Source of the DNA: a virus
Taxonomy: Duplodnaviria > Caudoviricetes
Direction: 5' to 3' (one strand)
Virus record (IMG/VR): IMGVR_UViG_3300021138_000034
Span: 1 to 55,124 of that record
DNA: 55,124 nucleotides
Part shown: one piece after another, positions 1 to 9,400 of the stretch
Numbering within the stretch: position 1 is the stretch's first letter
Layout: every line of letters starts with the position of its first letter
Notes under the pieces: model-generated
Told to the model about the DNA's origin: nothing
Database searches by the model: none
What the model saw: only the letters and a program-made list of their open reading frames with translations
Program-made: the position numbers and the translations under genes

Positions 1-1438
1 CTCCACCTCCACCGCCAGTGTCTCCACCTCCACCGCTAGTGTTAGGTGTGCACGTAAATGTAGGCGTACTTGAGCCAGAAGGATAACTTCCGCAACTTGA
101 GTATGTTCCAAGACCACCATTACAAGAAGATGTAGAGGGAGATGCTTGTGTACAAACGTTATTTACATAAGTTCCCGCGCACCCGGTTCCAGGCATTGTG
201 CAAGGTCCGGTAAGTGTTGTGGTTGTGGTTTGAGTAACTGTTGTTGTAGTGACCACCGGTGCGGTAGATGTACATGGTGGGAAAGCCGTATTGAACGCAT
301 CACTGCCGCCATATTTTCCAAAAGTACAAACTGTTTTGTACCCGGCACCTGACGCAGTTTGGTCAGTAGTAGCTACTAGAGTTGTGCAGTTTCCTACCCC
401 AACTCCGTTTTGAGAAGTAGTGCAGTAGTACTTAGGTGTAGTGTCTGCGCAGTTACAGTTAGAGTCATACGCGTAAGGGTAGCCTGATCCGCAAGGATTT
501 CCAGGAACGCAAATTCTGTAGGCAGCTGTGCCTGGAGATGGAGCTGTTGAATAGCATGCTGGGCAGTGCGCCTGGTCACCATCGTATTCGACAACGGAAC
601 AGGCGGTATTTAGGATAGAAGTTCCGACTCCAGTTGAGCCACAAGGAGCAATAGTTGAAATGCAAGGGTCGTCTGGCTGTGAAAAATACTGATAACTACA
701 CTGACCAACTCCGGCGCCTTGATAGCTTGTAGTGCACCCCCAAAAAGTCTGTGCGTTAATGCAAGTCCAACCAACGTTAGGTGCTGCTGGGTACGGAGAG
801 CATCCGTTGTAGTAGACCACGTTTCTGATAGCTACTAGGCAGTCTGGTTGCTGTGTGTAGAGGGCGGCCTCAGCAGCGGACGAGGTTACCTCTGGAACGG
901 TTGCGATCTCCATGCAAGGTACGCATCCATTTTTACAAATCCACGAAAAGCCTGATGGACATTTAGAGTTAGCAACTTGTGCTTCGTTGCAATTTGATGC
1001 AGCGTTACCTGGAGTTAGCGAAACGTCGTACTCGTCACCCTCAATGTTGTTGTGAGAGTCGTATCCAACTAACCTAAACTCATAGGTTGTGTTTGAAATT
1101 AAATTAGCAAATGTATAGTTATTACTGTCTGAGTAAACTGTTGTCTGAAGCGCGCCGTTTAAGTACATTCTTACGCTGTCGCTGTTGATTCCAAGCTGCC
1201 ACAAGAATGTTGCAGAGGTATTTCCCGTGCTGTAATTAAGAACATACGGAGAAGACGGGCGAGTTGGTGGAGCAGCAAAATCTACAGGAGCAGGGGAAGA
1301 GCCGCCAGAAGACCAGGTTTTCCATGAGCCATTGACTTTTGAATAGCCCGAAGACACGGACTTCCAACTGCCGTTGACTTTTACATAGATGGCGTTAGCT
1401 GTTTTCCAGCTGCCATTAACCTTGACCTGCTCTGACAC
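1..1438 (-). CDS. Cys-rich putative tail fibre/virion protein (partial, runs off the left edge): KVNGSWK repeats, FN3-like domain, Cys/Gly/Thr-rich region
   Basis: GTG at 1438 after AGGAG; frame open to the window edge by manual translation; three KVNGSWK repeats typical of phage tail proteins; about 29 Cys in the last 330 aa; absent from the ORF track because there is no stop in the window. Confidence 0.75.
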   Translation of the reverse strand, partial: MSEQVKVNGSWKTANAIYVKVNGSWKSVSSGYSKVNGSWKTWSSGGSSPAPVDFAAPPTRPSSPYVLNYSTGNTSATFLWQLGINSDSVRMYLNGALQTTVYSDSNNYTFANLISNTTYEFRLVGYDSHNNIEGDEYDVSLTPGNAASNCNEAQVANSKCPSGFSWICKNGCVPCMEIATVPEVTSSAAEAALYTQQPDCLVAIRNVVYYNGCSPYPAAPNVGWTCINAQTFWGCTTSYQGAGVGQCSYQYFSQPDDPCISTIAPCGSTGVGTSILNTACSVVEYDGDQAHCPACYSTAPSPGTAAYRICVPGNPCGSGYPYAYDSNCNCADTTPKYYCTTSQNGVGVGNCTTLVATTDQTASGAGYKTVCTFGKYGGSDAFNTAFPPCTSTAPVVTTTTVTQTTTTTLTGPCTMPGTGCAGTYVNNVCTQASPSTSSCNGGLGTYSSCGSYPSGSSTPTFTCTPNTSGGGGDTGGGGG

Positions 1439-1450
1439 TTAAAGCTCCTA

Positions 1451-1585
1451 TCAAGGGGTATAGACGAGCCAGATATCTCCTTCTTGACCCTGCGAGCTTG
1501 TTGGGGTCGAGGTAGAGACATAGATATTGCGCTGTCCGCTAGTGTTGATGGCCTGAATTGTTGGACCATAAACTTTCTGTGCCAT
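1451..1585 (-). CDS. Small tail-associated protein (44 aa)
   Basis: MAQKVYGPTIQAINTSGQRNIYVSTSTPTSSQGQEGDIWLVYTP; 'STSTP..G..GDIW' motif common in phage tail fibres; start overlaps upstream stop. Confidence 0.65.
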   Translation of the reverse strand: MAQKVYGPTIQAINTSGQRNIYVSTSTPTSSQGQEGDIWLVYTP

Positions 1586-1923
1586 TATGCTGCCTCGAAT
1601 CCACTTGCCATAATATTGATAGATGCGCCTGAGCTAGCTGAGGCGTAAATCTGGTCATTTGTATTAAGCACTTGGTTAAGATCGAATGTAAGAGTAGAGT
1701 TTGATGAAACCGCAATGTTAGGGAACATCAAGTTTGAGTTTGTAGCTGTTCCGCCAGAAGGAACTAGGTAGATGCTTACTCCAACGGTCTGACCGGAGGT
1801 GTTAGATATAACCAACTGCTTTAGGGCGGTTGTTGTGCTCGAAGGCACACTGTAATAAAGAGTAGACGTAGTTGTAAGCGTCTGTGGCGCGATTAGGCGC
1901 TTTAGATTGTAGGAAACTGACAT
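1585..1923 (-). CDS. Putative structural/tail protein (112 aa, beta-rich)
   Basis: ORF track; Ser/Thr-rich beta-sandwich-like composition; GAGG RBS; tail context. Confidence 0.7.
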   Translation of the reverse strand: MSVSYNLKRLIAPQTLTTTSTLYYSVPSSTTTALKQLVISNTSGQTVGVSIYLVPSGGTATNSNLMFPNIAVSSNSTLTFDLNQVLNTNDQIYASASSGASINIMASGFEAA

Positions 1924-1934
1924 GTGGTGCCTCT

Positions 1935-2066
1935 CTAGTTAAGGTGTTCTCCGCGGACACCTTTGCCTGGTTTATCATAAACAAAAATGCTTGGCTTTTC
2001 TTTAGAAGCGGCTTTTCTGACCGGCTTCTTTGCCACTTTCTTTACTTTCTTCTTCACACGTTCCAT
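1935..2066 (-). CDS. Small Lys-rich protein (43 aa)
   Basis: AAGGAG RBS then ATG; MERVKKKVKKVAKKPVRKAASKEK... Confidence 0.55.
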   Translation of the reverse strand: MERVKKKVKKVAKKPVRKAASKEKPSIFVYDKPGKGVRGEHLN

Positions 2067-2141
2067 CGATTTGACTCCTTAGCGTGTGTATCTGCGCCTT
2101 TTATTACTCCGTTAGCTCTGGTGAGAGCGTCTCTAAAATCT

Positions 2142-2969
2142 CTATCCCTGGTTGAACTGGGGGTCTGTGATTCTGCTTGGCTGGACACTTTGCACCTCCG
2201 GACTATTCAAGAAAGCGGCTTTAGCTGCTGGGTTATTTGACATAACTGTGCTTGGACGATTTTTATTACTTGTAGCCGTTGTTGGATTCAAATCTTTTTC
2301 TGCGCCTAGCGCCTTCATACTTGAGCGAGTATTGGTAGTTCCAGCAAAACGTCCAGACTTCATATCTGACCAAGAAACCTTGTTTCCAGCAATACTAGCT
2401 GAGCTCTTTCCAGGCTTTGAAGGTCCTGAGAAAAATACTTGACGATTTGCCGTTTCAAGTGCTGGGTTTGGTCCTGAGTTAATTTGACCAAATTGCTTTG
2501 ACTTAGGGGCCTCAATAGCTTTAGGTGGAGCTGCAATAGCTCTACGACCTCCGCCAGAGATTGAATTAGGAATTACTTCAGCATCAATAATTTCTGGTTC
2601 TGGAGCTGGCAACCCTTTAGGGCTAGATTCAACAATCTCTCCCTCTTCAACGTTACTGCCAGTAACTTTGTCTTCAGAAGATCGGCCACGCTCTTTATAA
2701 GGAGGTTCCCACTTTGAGGATTTACCTTTGACTTCTTTCCAGACTCTTTCTTTCTGAAGGCCAATTTTGCCCCCAGTAGGGATTCCAGAAAACCCCATAA
2801 CACTTGAAGAGCTTCCTGGATTGTAAGTAAGTCCAGTAATCCTCTTCTTGCCTTCAAAGACTTTGCTAACTTCTACTTTCTTTTTTTGGTACGGGACATT
2901 AACCTTGCGGGTTTCTGTCTTGTACTTAGTCCCACTTGAGGGACTATTCGGAAAAGAGAAGGTTGCCAT
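2142..2969 (-). CDS. Hypothetical basic low-complexity protein (275 aa)
   Basis: ORF track; CATAAT-N6-ATG leaderless-like start. Confidence 0.7.
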   Translation of the reverse strand: MATFSFPNSPSSGTKYKTETRKVNVPYQKKKVEVSKVFEGKKRITGLTYNPGSSSSVMGFSGIPTGGKIGLQKERVWKEVKGKSSKWEPPYKERGRSSEDKVTGSNVEEGEIVESSPKGLPAPEPEIIDAEVIPNSISGGGRRAIAAPPKAIEAPKSKQFGQINSGPNPALETANRQVFFSGPSKPGKSSASIAGNKVSWSDMKSGRFAGTTNTRSSMKALGAEKDLNPTTATSNKNRPSTVMSNNPAAKAAFLNSPEVQSVQPSRITDPQFNQG

Positions 2970-3012
2970 ACTGTAATTATGAAGTAAGGCTCCCGGATAA
3001 AACTGCTAAAAG

Positions 3013-3083
3013 CTCCCAGACATGGATTCGAACCACAACTAACTGCTCCAGAGGCAGCTGTCCTACCGTTAGACGATCTGGGA
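3013..3083 (-). tRNA. tRNA-Gln(CTG)
   Basis: Cloverleaf TCCCAGA/TCTGGGA acceptor, anticodon loop CT-CTG-GA, GGTTCGAATCC T-arm; no encoded CCA. Confidence 0.9.
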
Positions 3084-3084
3084 A

Positions 3085-3160
3085 TGGAGCGGTTGGCGAG
3101 GCTCGAACTCGTGACCTGTACCTTGGCAAGGTACCGCTCTACCAACTGAGCTACAACCGC
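3085..3160 (-). tRNA. tRNA-Gly(GCC)
   Basis: GCGGTTGTAGCTCAGTTGGTAGAGC...TT-GCC-AA...GTTCGAGCC...CAACCGCTCCA. Confidence 0.95.
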
Positions 3161-3161
3161 T

Positions 3162-3237
3162 TGGCTGGCCCGCCTGGGCTCGAACCAGGGACATTTCGAT
3201 TAACAGTCGAATGCTCTGCCAACTGAGCTACGGGCCA
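3162..3237 (-). tRNA. tRNA-Asn(GTT)
   Basis: TGGCCCGTAGCTCAGTTGGCAGAGC...CT-GTT-AA...GGTTCGAGCC...CGGGCCAGCCA. Confidence 0.95.
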
Positions 3238-3242
3238 TTAGG

Positions 3243-3482
3243 TTACGCCTCTAAAGCGTCCCTTTCGTTAATGAGTCGGTTTAATGTTTGCTCATTAATC
3301 GCCATCTCATTTTCTAAAAACTTGACTTCACTCTCAGACAATGTCTCACGGTTTTCGTCAAGCGCTTTTGTCATTTCGGCAAGCATTCGGGTAGCAATCT
3401 CAACTTGAGTAATCCGACGCTTAAGCATAAAGTCTTTATGCTCTTGTAGACGAGCTGCCTTCTTTTCTTGTGTCTTTGACAT
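3243..3482 (-). CDS. Hypothetical coiled-coil protein (79 aa)
   Basis: ORF track; helical heptad composition. Confidence 0.7.
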   Translation of the reverse strand: MSKTQEKKAARLQEHKDFMLKRRITQVEIATRMLAEMTKALDENRETLSESEVKFLENEMAINEQTLNRLINERDALEA

Positions 3483-3486
3483 GTCG

Positions 3487-3732
3487 TTATGATCCCATCA
3501 AATAACCGATTAATTGTTGCTTAAAGTGCTCTCTACCACGACTAAATGCGGCTTCGGTATCTGCTTTTACTTCTGGAGTAAGTTGCAACAATTCATACTT
3601 TTTTCTATATTCTCGGGCTTGGGTTTCCCAATGCTCACGAGCTTGTCTAGATACTTCAAGCGCGCTTTCTAGATCAGCAATCATCTCTAGATTTTTGCGA
3701 TAACGTTTGCGGAGTACAAGGGGTAGATTCAT
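3487..3732 (-). CDS. Hypothetical coiled-coil protein (81 aa), leaderless
   Basis: ORF track; start moved to ATG 3732 because TATAGT lies 6 nt upstream. Confidence 0.7.
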   Translation of the reverse strand: MNLPLVLRKRYRKNLEMIADLESALEVSRQAREHWETQAREYRKKYELLQLTPEVKADTEAAFSRGREHFKQQLIGYLMGS

Positions 3733-3767
3733 ACGAGAACTATACACACCCCGGTATTTTAAACAAG

Positions 3768-3840
3768 TGCTCCTCGTAGGATTTGAACCTACACTGGCCA
3801 GTTCCTAAAACTGGTGCCTCTACCGTTGGGCTAGAGAAGC
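3768..3840 (-). tRNA. tRNA-Leu(TAG), short variable arm
   Basis: GCTTCTC/GAGGAGC acceptor, CCAGT-TTTAGGA-ACTGG anticodon arm, GTAGGTTCAAATCCTAC T-arm. Confidence 0.9.
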
Positions 3841-3917
3841 TGGTTGCGGGAGTGGGATTTGAACCCACGACCTAGAGCTTATGAGGCTCCCGAGCTTCCG
3901 AGCTGCTCTATCCCGCA
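3841..3917 (-). tRNA. tRNA-Met(CAT), initiator-like body
   Basis: TGCGGGATAGAGCAGCTCGGAAGCTCG...CT-CAT-AA...GGTTCAAATCC...TCCCGCAACCA. Confidence 0.9.
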
Positions 3918-3979
3918 ATAAGTGACCTCCCTGGTGCGCTTTGAGTAGAGGCGTGGGAGGTGCTGTAAGATAAGGATAG

Positions 3980-4050
3980 CACCGTCTCTAGGAGTCGAAC
4001 CCAGGCTAGTGAGGTTGGAGCTCACTGTGCTACCGTAACACTTAGACGAT
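3980..4050 (-). tRNA. tRNA-Trp(CCA)
   Basis: ATCGTCT/AGACGGT acceptor, GTGAG-CTCCAAC-CTCAC anticodon arm, GGGTTCGACTCC T-arm; A at position 8. Confidence 0.85.
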
Positions 4051-4051
4051 A

Positions 4052-4215
4052 AGTATCAACCGCGCCATCCGTTTTTACGGCGAATATGACCGTTGACTCT
4101 GTTCCCTAGATGATCGCTAGTAGGGCGTTTTCGACGACGCTTATCTACCACCACGCCACCCTTGTTGGATTCGGGACAGTTGTACTCAACGAGAGGTCGA
4201 AGTCTAGTTGAGCCC
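4052..4215 (-). ncRNA. Candidate structured ncRNA between tRNA-Thr and tRNA-Trp
   Basis: 165 nt ORF-free spacer with several stems (GCTCAAC/GTTGAGT, GCGT/ACGC, CCCTA/TAGGG, TCAAC/GTTGA enclosing CCGT-AAAA-ACGG). Confidence 0.45.
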
Positions 4216-4217
4216 TG

Positions 4218-4289
4218 AGCCCCCTATCTGATTTGAACAGATGACCGCCCGCTTACAAGGCGGGTGCTCTACCACTGAGCTAAGGAGGC
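4218..4289 (-). tRNA. tRNA-Thr(TGT)
   Basis: GCCTCCTTAGCTCAGTGGTAGAGC...CCCGC-CTTGTAA-GCGGG...GTTCAAATC...AGGGGGCT. Confidence 0.95.
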
Positions 4290-4291
4290 GT

Positions 4292-4372
4292 TGAGCCGTT
4301 TTACTTCATGCTCAGGAAGGCGTTGTTACGCACCAGACCTAGCTGGCTGGGCGTCGAAGCCCTTGGTAACCA
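4292..4372 (-). ncRNA. Candidate structured RNA: three-way junction followed by H-type pseudoknot
   Basis: GTTAC/GTAAC closing GGGC-TTCGAC-GCCC and CCAG/CTGG; then CTTC-C-TGAGC-AT-GAAG-TAAAACG-GCTCA. Confidence 0.4.
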
Positions 4373-4392
4373 GTAGGAACTTTTGTATTAGT

Positions 4393-4914
4393 TTACTTGA
4401 TTTTGATTACCTTTGGCTTAAGTTCCTCAGGAAGTTCGCGCTTAACCTTGATGGTCAAAAGACCGTCTTTAAGATCAGCTGATTTTACTTCCATGAACTC
4501 TCCGAGCACGAACTGCTGGGACCAGGAGCGTTCGGCAATTCCTTGATGGATTACCACGTCCTTAGTCTTTTCGGCTTCGGTAATTGACTTGACCGTAAGC
4601 ATGTCCTTCTCTACCGTGATTTCGATATCTTCACGTGTGTAACCGGCCACAGCCAACTCTACAGTGTAGTTATTTTCATCTACGCGGATTAGGTTGTAAG
4701 GTGGGAACGATGTTGGCTTACGATTGATAGTTGCCCACTGACTCCAGCGCTCTACTTGGTCGTTAAACCCAATAAAGAATTGGTCACTAAAAAGCGACGG
4801 AAGGGTAATAACCGTTGAAGTTGGTGTGGTTTTTGGGCGTTCTTTTGGCCAAGGGTCGCGAATGCCCCATTGGTCTTTGCCGTGTGGATTTGGAATTGGA
4901 TAGCCTGATGCCAT
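4393..4914 (-). CDS. hsp20: Small heat-shock protein (Hsp20/IbpA family)
   Basis: FPPYNLI, ELAVAGY, HQGIAERS, ADLKDGLLTI motifs; AAGGAG RBS. Confidence 0.95.
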   Translation of the reverse strand: MASGYPIPNPHGKDQWGIRDPWPKERPKTTPTSTVITLPSLFSDQFFIGFNDQVERWSQWATINRKPTSFPPYNLIRVDENNYTVELAVAGYTREDIEITVEKDMLTVKSITEAEKTKDVVIHQGIAERSWSQQFVLGEFMEVKSADLKDGLLTIKVKRELPEELKPKVIKIK

Positions 4915-5006
4915 TTTATATCTCCTTAGACGATATAAGTAAATTAGACGGCCCCCGATTGGCGAGCCGTCTAATTAGACTATCAAGTGCAATTACTCAA
5001 ATGTTC

Positions 5007-5807
5007 CTAAGCGTGATTAAAAATTTCCTGCCAAGTCTTAGGTCCGATGATGCCATTAGGGTCTAACTCGTGGTTAGCTGTTTGAACTGCAATAACAGCC
5101 TTCTTTGTAGCCGGGCCATATTGACCGTCTGCGTCTAAACCAAGAACCATCTGGATCAGCTTAACGTTGTCGTTTGTATCACCAGGATTGATTGTTCCAG
5201 GGAAACCTGGAGCTGGCTTTGGAGCAGGCGGGGTAGCAGGATGGGAGTTAGCTGCAGCGCCAGCATAGGCTGGACGACCAAAGCCAACTACTGTTGACCA
5301 AAGATGTCGTTTGTTATCTGGTCGAAATCCTCGAACGTTAGAGGCAACTTCTCCGCCGTTGTTAGGACTTCCTGCAGGGCGCTTGTCAGGGCTGGTGTTG
5401 CCCTCAACTGTGGTGATTGTTCCATCGCCATTGTCCTTAAGTACTACGCCTACGTGCTGGATTGGACTTGAAGGAAGCGCATTAGGGATAAATGAGAAGT
5501 AGATCAAGTCACCTGGTTGTGGATGCGCGGTAGCTGCATCCGCCCAAGTTCCAGCCTTCTTAAATGCAGCAGCGCCATTAGGTGTGTAAACAGTATCTGG
5601 AATTGTTACTCCAGCCTGCTTAGCGCACCACATCATGAAGCTTCCGCACCATGCTTGGAAGTTATGACCTGTAAAAGCGCCGTAATCTGTCTCGTTATCT
5701 TTTGGTCCTTCGATAACACCGACCTGTGACAAAGCTACTTCTAGGAAACGTGCTGCTGTTCCTTGAGCGTTAGCTCCTACTGGTGGTACTGGTTTTGCTG
5801 ATGCCAT
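5007..5807 (-). CDS. Endolysin: CHAP amidase plus C-terminal peptidoglycan-binding domain
   Basis: AWCGSF, PQPGDLIYF, HVGVV, TVEGNTS (CHAP); ADGQYGPATKKAV...PNGIIGPKTW (PG_binding_1). Confidence 0.92.
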   Translation of the reverse strand: MASAKPVPPVGANAQGTAARFLEVALSQVGVIEGPKDNETDYGAFTGHNFQAWCGSFMMWCAKQAGVTIPDTVYTPNGAAAFKKAGTWADAATAHPQPGDLIYFSFIPNALPSSPIQHVGVVLKDNGDGTITTVEGNTSPDKRPAGSPNNGGEVASNVRGFRPDNKRHLWSTVVGFGRPAYAGAAANSHPATPPAPKPAPGFPGTINPGDTNDNVKLIQMVLGLDADGQYGPATKKAVIAVQTANHELDPNGIIGPKTWQEIFNHA

Positions 5808-5815
5808 TGTTACTC

Positions 5816-6274
5816 CTAGTTATAGTTTGGGTCTACTGCTGCTGGAGCAGCTGGAGTAGCATCTACAGCAGGAGCTGCAGCTGCTGGAGTAGAGTCTACA
5901 GCAGGAGCTGCAGTTGTTTGTGTTGGGATAGCTGAAGCTACAGTTTTGCTTCCATCTGCGTTGATAACAATTGCTTCGCCATTTTGACGAGCTTCTACAG
6001 CAAGGTCAGCTGCTGTTGTAGCCTTAGTGTCAATTGAAGCAAACGCTGCATTAATTTCGTCCATGCTGAGCTTGCCGTCATCCATAAAGCCGCGAGCAAG
6101 TTTTTCAACCACAGCTGCTACAGCTGTGATGCCGGCAACGCTCATTGCCTTAACTGTTGAGATGCCTGCTACAGCACCGGCACCAATAACGCCAAGAGCG
6201 CTTGCGGTAAAAGCTGCGACAATGCGCATAAGCACATTGAAGAAAAGCTTGTACGTGTTAATTAGTTTTATCAT
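5816..6274 (-). CDS. Putative holin
   Basis: Two N-terminal hydrophobic helices; directly upstream of endolysin; Ala/Pro-rich tail. Confidence 0.65.
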   Translation of the reverse strand: MIKLINTYKLFFNVLMRIVAAFTASALGVIGAGAVAGISTVKAMSVAGITAVAAVVEKLARGFMDDGKLSMDEINAAFASIDTKATTAADLAVEARQNGEAIVINADGSKTVASAIPTQTTAAPAVDSTPAAAAPAVDATPAAPAAVDPNYN

Positions 6275-6446
6275 CCTGTGTTTCCTTTGGGTTTCTTAGT
6301 CGATATGTGGTTAACCACATAAAGATTGCGATTAATGTTGCGTCACCTACGACAGTTTTTGCGGAACCTGTTAGAACTAGCCATGCTGAGAAAAGACCAA
6401 CAAAGGTCCAAGTCTGGTTAGCTAAGTCTCTTAGAAGACCTTTCAT
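6258..6446 (-). CDS. Small two-TM membrane protein in lysis cassette
   Basis: Two hydrophobic segments, basic C-terminus; ATGA overlap with upstream gene. Confidence 0.75.
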   Translation of the reverse strand: MKGLLRDLANQTWTFVGLFSAWLVLTGSAKTVVGDATLIAIFMWLTTYRLRNPKETQDDKTN

Positions 6447-9400
6447 CCGTTCCTCCTCCTGAAACGTGCAATCTGGCCAGCCACAAATGTGATGACCAAA
6501 ATCTTTTTAGCTTTTTTACGAGTAATGGGAGACATATCGTTTCCGATGTTGGCCATCGCAACAAAAGCTTGATTCACAGCTTGTACGCCAGGCACAGACG
6601 CTAAAGCTCCAGTAACCGGTGTGAGTGCTACTGGTACAGCGATGTCGGGTGCGTTAAAGGTTGTTCCGCCGGGTTGTCCAATAAAAGTGGCTGAAGTGGT
6701 GATAGCGTCGGGCGGAATAGGTAGACCAGAACCAGGTGGCGGAGCTGGAGGCGTTAATTTGCCGTCTTCTCCTACAACCTGAGGTGCAGATTTAGTACCA
6801 AAGAATTGTATGCCACCATTCTCTACTCCCGCTTGGTCAACCTGTACGTGAGGTACAAGGACGCTAGCTGGCGCTTCTTTTGGTGTAGTATCCGATAAAG
6901 AATTTGGGCTATCTTGAATTAGCCCAGGAGCAGGAGCTTCTGATGGTATTGATGGTGATGGGGCTGGGTCTGGCTGTGGCTGGACTGGCGGCGTGGAAGG
7001 AGGCACGGGTGCAGGACTTGGAGTCACTTGCGTGGTTGATCCTTGGTCTGACGGTGCCGATGGCGTTGTTGGTGTTTGTTGTTGGTCTGATTGGGAAGGG
7101 GAAGTAGATGGATCAGGAGCGCCTTGAGCATTTGAAGAAGTTGAGGGATCAGGCGAAGGAACAGCTGGATCTGGCGTTGGCGCAGGGGCCGGCTGCGGAT
7201 CCGAAGGTTGAGGTTGAGGCTGAGGCTGCGCTTCGTCAGTTCCTGAAGGAGATGCTGCAGGAGCCTGAGGTTCGCTCGGACTTGCAGGAGAAGGTAAAGC
7301 AGATGTCTGAGAATCAGAAGGCGACGGAGTAGATGCGGAAGAAGATTGCGATTGCTGTGCTTGGGCTTGCTGCGCTGCTAGGGCTGCTGCAGCTTGTGCA
7401 GCGGCTGCAGCATCGGCAGCGGCTTTAGCAGCAGCATCTTGCTGAGCCTTTAAGTCAATAGCAGCTACAACAGCATCTGTACTGGTCTGTATTGTTTGAA
7501 CCGCCGTTGCAGCAGTGGCTGTAGCGGTGTCCACCAAAGCCGAAGCTACGCTGATTTGCGAAACTAGCGTTGTTTGAATTGAATTAACTGTAGATGTGGC
7601 TTGAGAAGCCGCATCTCTAGCAGATTGTAGGTCTGCTTTAGCAGAATCCAAATCAGATTGAGCTTGTGCTTGAGTTGCTTGTGCAGACTGAACAGCGGCA
7701 TTGGCTGCATCTGAAGCCGCCTGAAGTTGAGTCAAAGTAGCTTGGTCTGTTGTCAAGTTTGTTTGAGCATCCGCTAATGCTTGAGCCGCGTCCGCAGCAG
7801 CTTGTTGAGCGGTTGTTAGGTTTTGCGTATCTGTTGTTAGGTTTTGCTGCAGGACTGTTAGGTTTTGAGTCTGGGTTGTTAGGTTTTGGGTATCAGAACT
7901 TAATACTTGTGTGAGGTTTTGAACTTGAGCTGCGTTTGACCCAACAGTGTTAAATGCAGAAGTTGGGACAGGAACCCAACCATTACCCACGTTCCATTGA
8001 AGCTGTGAAACAGCCCCTCCGCCGTTTTCGTAATACCACGCCAAGATATCCTGAGTTTGCTGTTGAGTGAAGTTCACAGACCCAGCGCCAGAGTAAGTTG
8101 GCCCCTGGTCTCTCCATTGGTTGATGACAAGAATATTATTAATGTAAAGCTTAAAGCCATCATCAGAATATGAACGGAAGTATACGACCTGTGGAGTTGG
8201 CGCAGTGACTGTTCCTGTGTATTGAACAACAACGTGATCAGCGTTTGCCCCCATTACTGACCCGCTACCCCAGTTAGCGTTAATTTGAGAAACGGTTCCC
8301 TGAGTAGCAGGGGTCATAGATGAAGTAGGAAGTGCCGGAGACGACCCGTTACCGGTGTTATAGGCCTTATAAGTAAGCCCTTGTGTAGCGGAATTGTTTG
8401 CTTGAGCTGTTGCCAAAGCGGTTTGGTCAGCGGCTACTGTTGATTGAGCATCGGAGACTACTGGAGTCTGAGCGTCTACAGCCGCTTGGTCAGAAGTAAC
8501 AGTTGCTTGACTAGAGGACACTACAGCGTTTGCTGAATCTGAAGACGATTGAGCAGAAGCTACATTAGTAACGTCCTGCGTTACTACTACGGTTTGGTTA
8601 GTAACGGCCTGAGCTGCTGCATCTGCTGAGGTTTGAGCCGTGACTGTAGCTGCTTGAGCTACGTCTAGAGCTACGGTTTTATCTGCTGCCGCAACCGTGG
8701 CTGAGTCCACAGAGGATTGAGCAACAGACTGAGCGTCTAAAGCAGGCTGTAGGGAATTGGCGGTAGAGGAAGCCGCTGCTATGGCAGCGGTAGCGTCTTG
8801 ATTTGCTTGGTCAGAAGCTTGGACCGCTTGATTAACATAAGTAACAGCATCCTGAACACCGGGAAGGGCTACCACAGCAGCCACAGCCTCTGGATCGTTT
8901 GACCCTATCTTTCCAAAAAGAGTAGTATTTGCGCTATCTATGGCAGACGTTACGGTAGAACCGTCAACAGTAACTTGGCTTGAAAGGGCGTTTAATTGTG
9001 AAACAGCTGATTGGCTATCTATTGGTGGTTGCTGTGGGTCTTGTGTCTGCACGACAGGCGCGACAGGCGGTTGGTTTGATTCTAAAGAGGAAGTCGAAGT
9101 AGATGGAGAAGTGGTCGATTCTGTGGTTCCTGATACCTGTGATGGCGTTGGTTCTACCACTGACGGTACTGGTGTGGGTGTGAATGATGGTGAAAGTTGT
9201 GACCCACTTGTCCCGTCAGTTGTTGAAGATACTGAAGGGCTACTAACAGATGCTTCAAGCGGTTGAGCTACTTGCAGTGTTGACGGGTCTGTTGTCTGTT
9301 GCTGGGTATTTAGCGTATCTTGAGATACGGGCGCAGAAGATTCATCTGCGTGAGCAGGAGACATCGAGAGCAAAGCGCCAGCAGCGCCCGCCCCAAGAAT

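Noticed and set aside
3924-3961. Possible extra tRNA between Trp and Met
   Set aside because: Only a single ACCTCCC/GGGAGGT stem of about 38 nt; no D-arm, anticodon arm or T-arm.
4052-4215. tmRNA or RNase P RNA
   Set aside because: Too short; no tag reading frame, 3' T-arm/CCA or RNase P P4 motifs.
4981-5001. HspR HAIR operator upstream of hsp20
   Set aside because: Only one half-site (ACTCAA) matches; the other half and the spacing do not fit CTTGAGT-N7-ACTCAAG.
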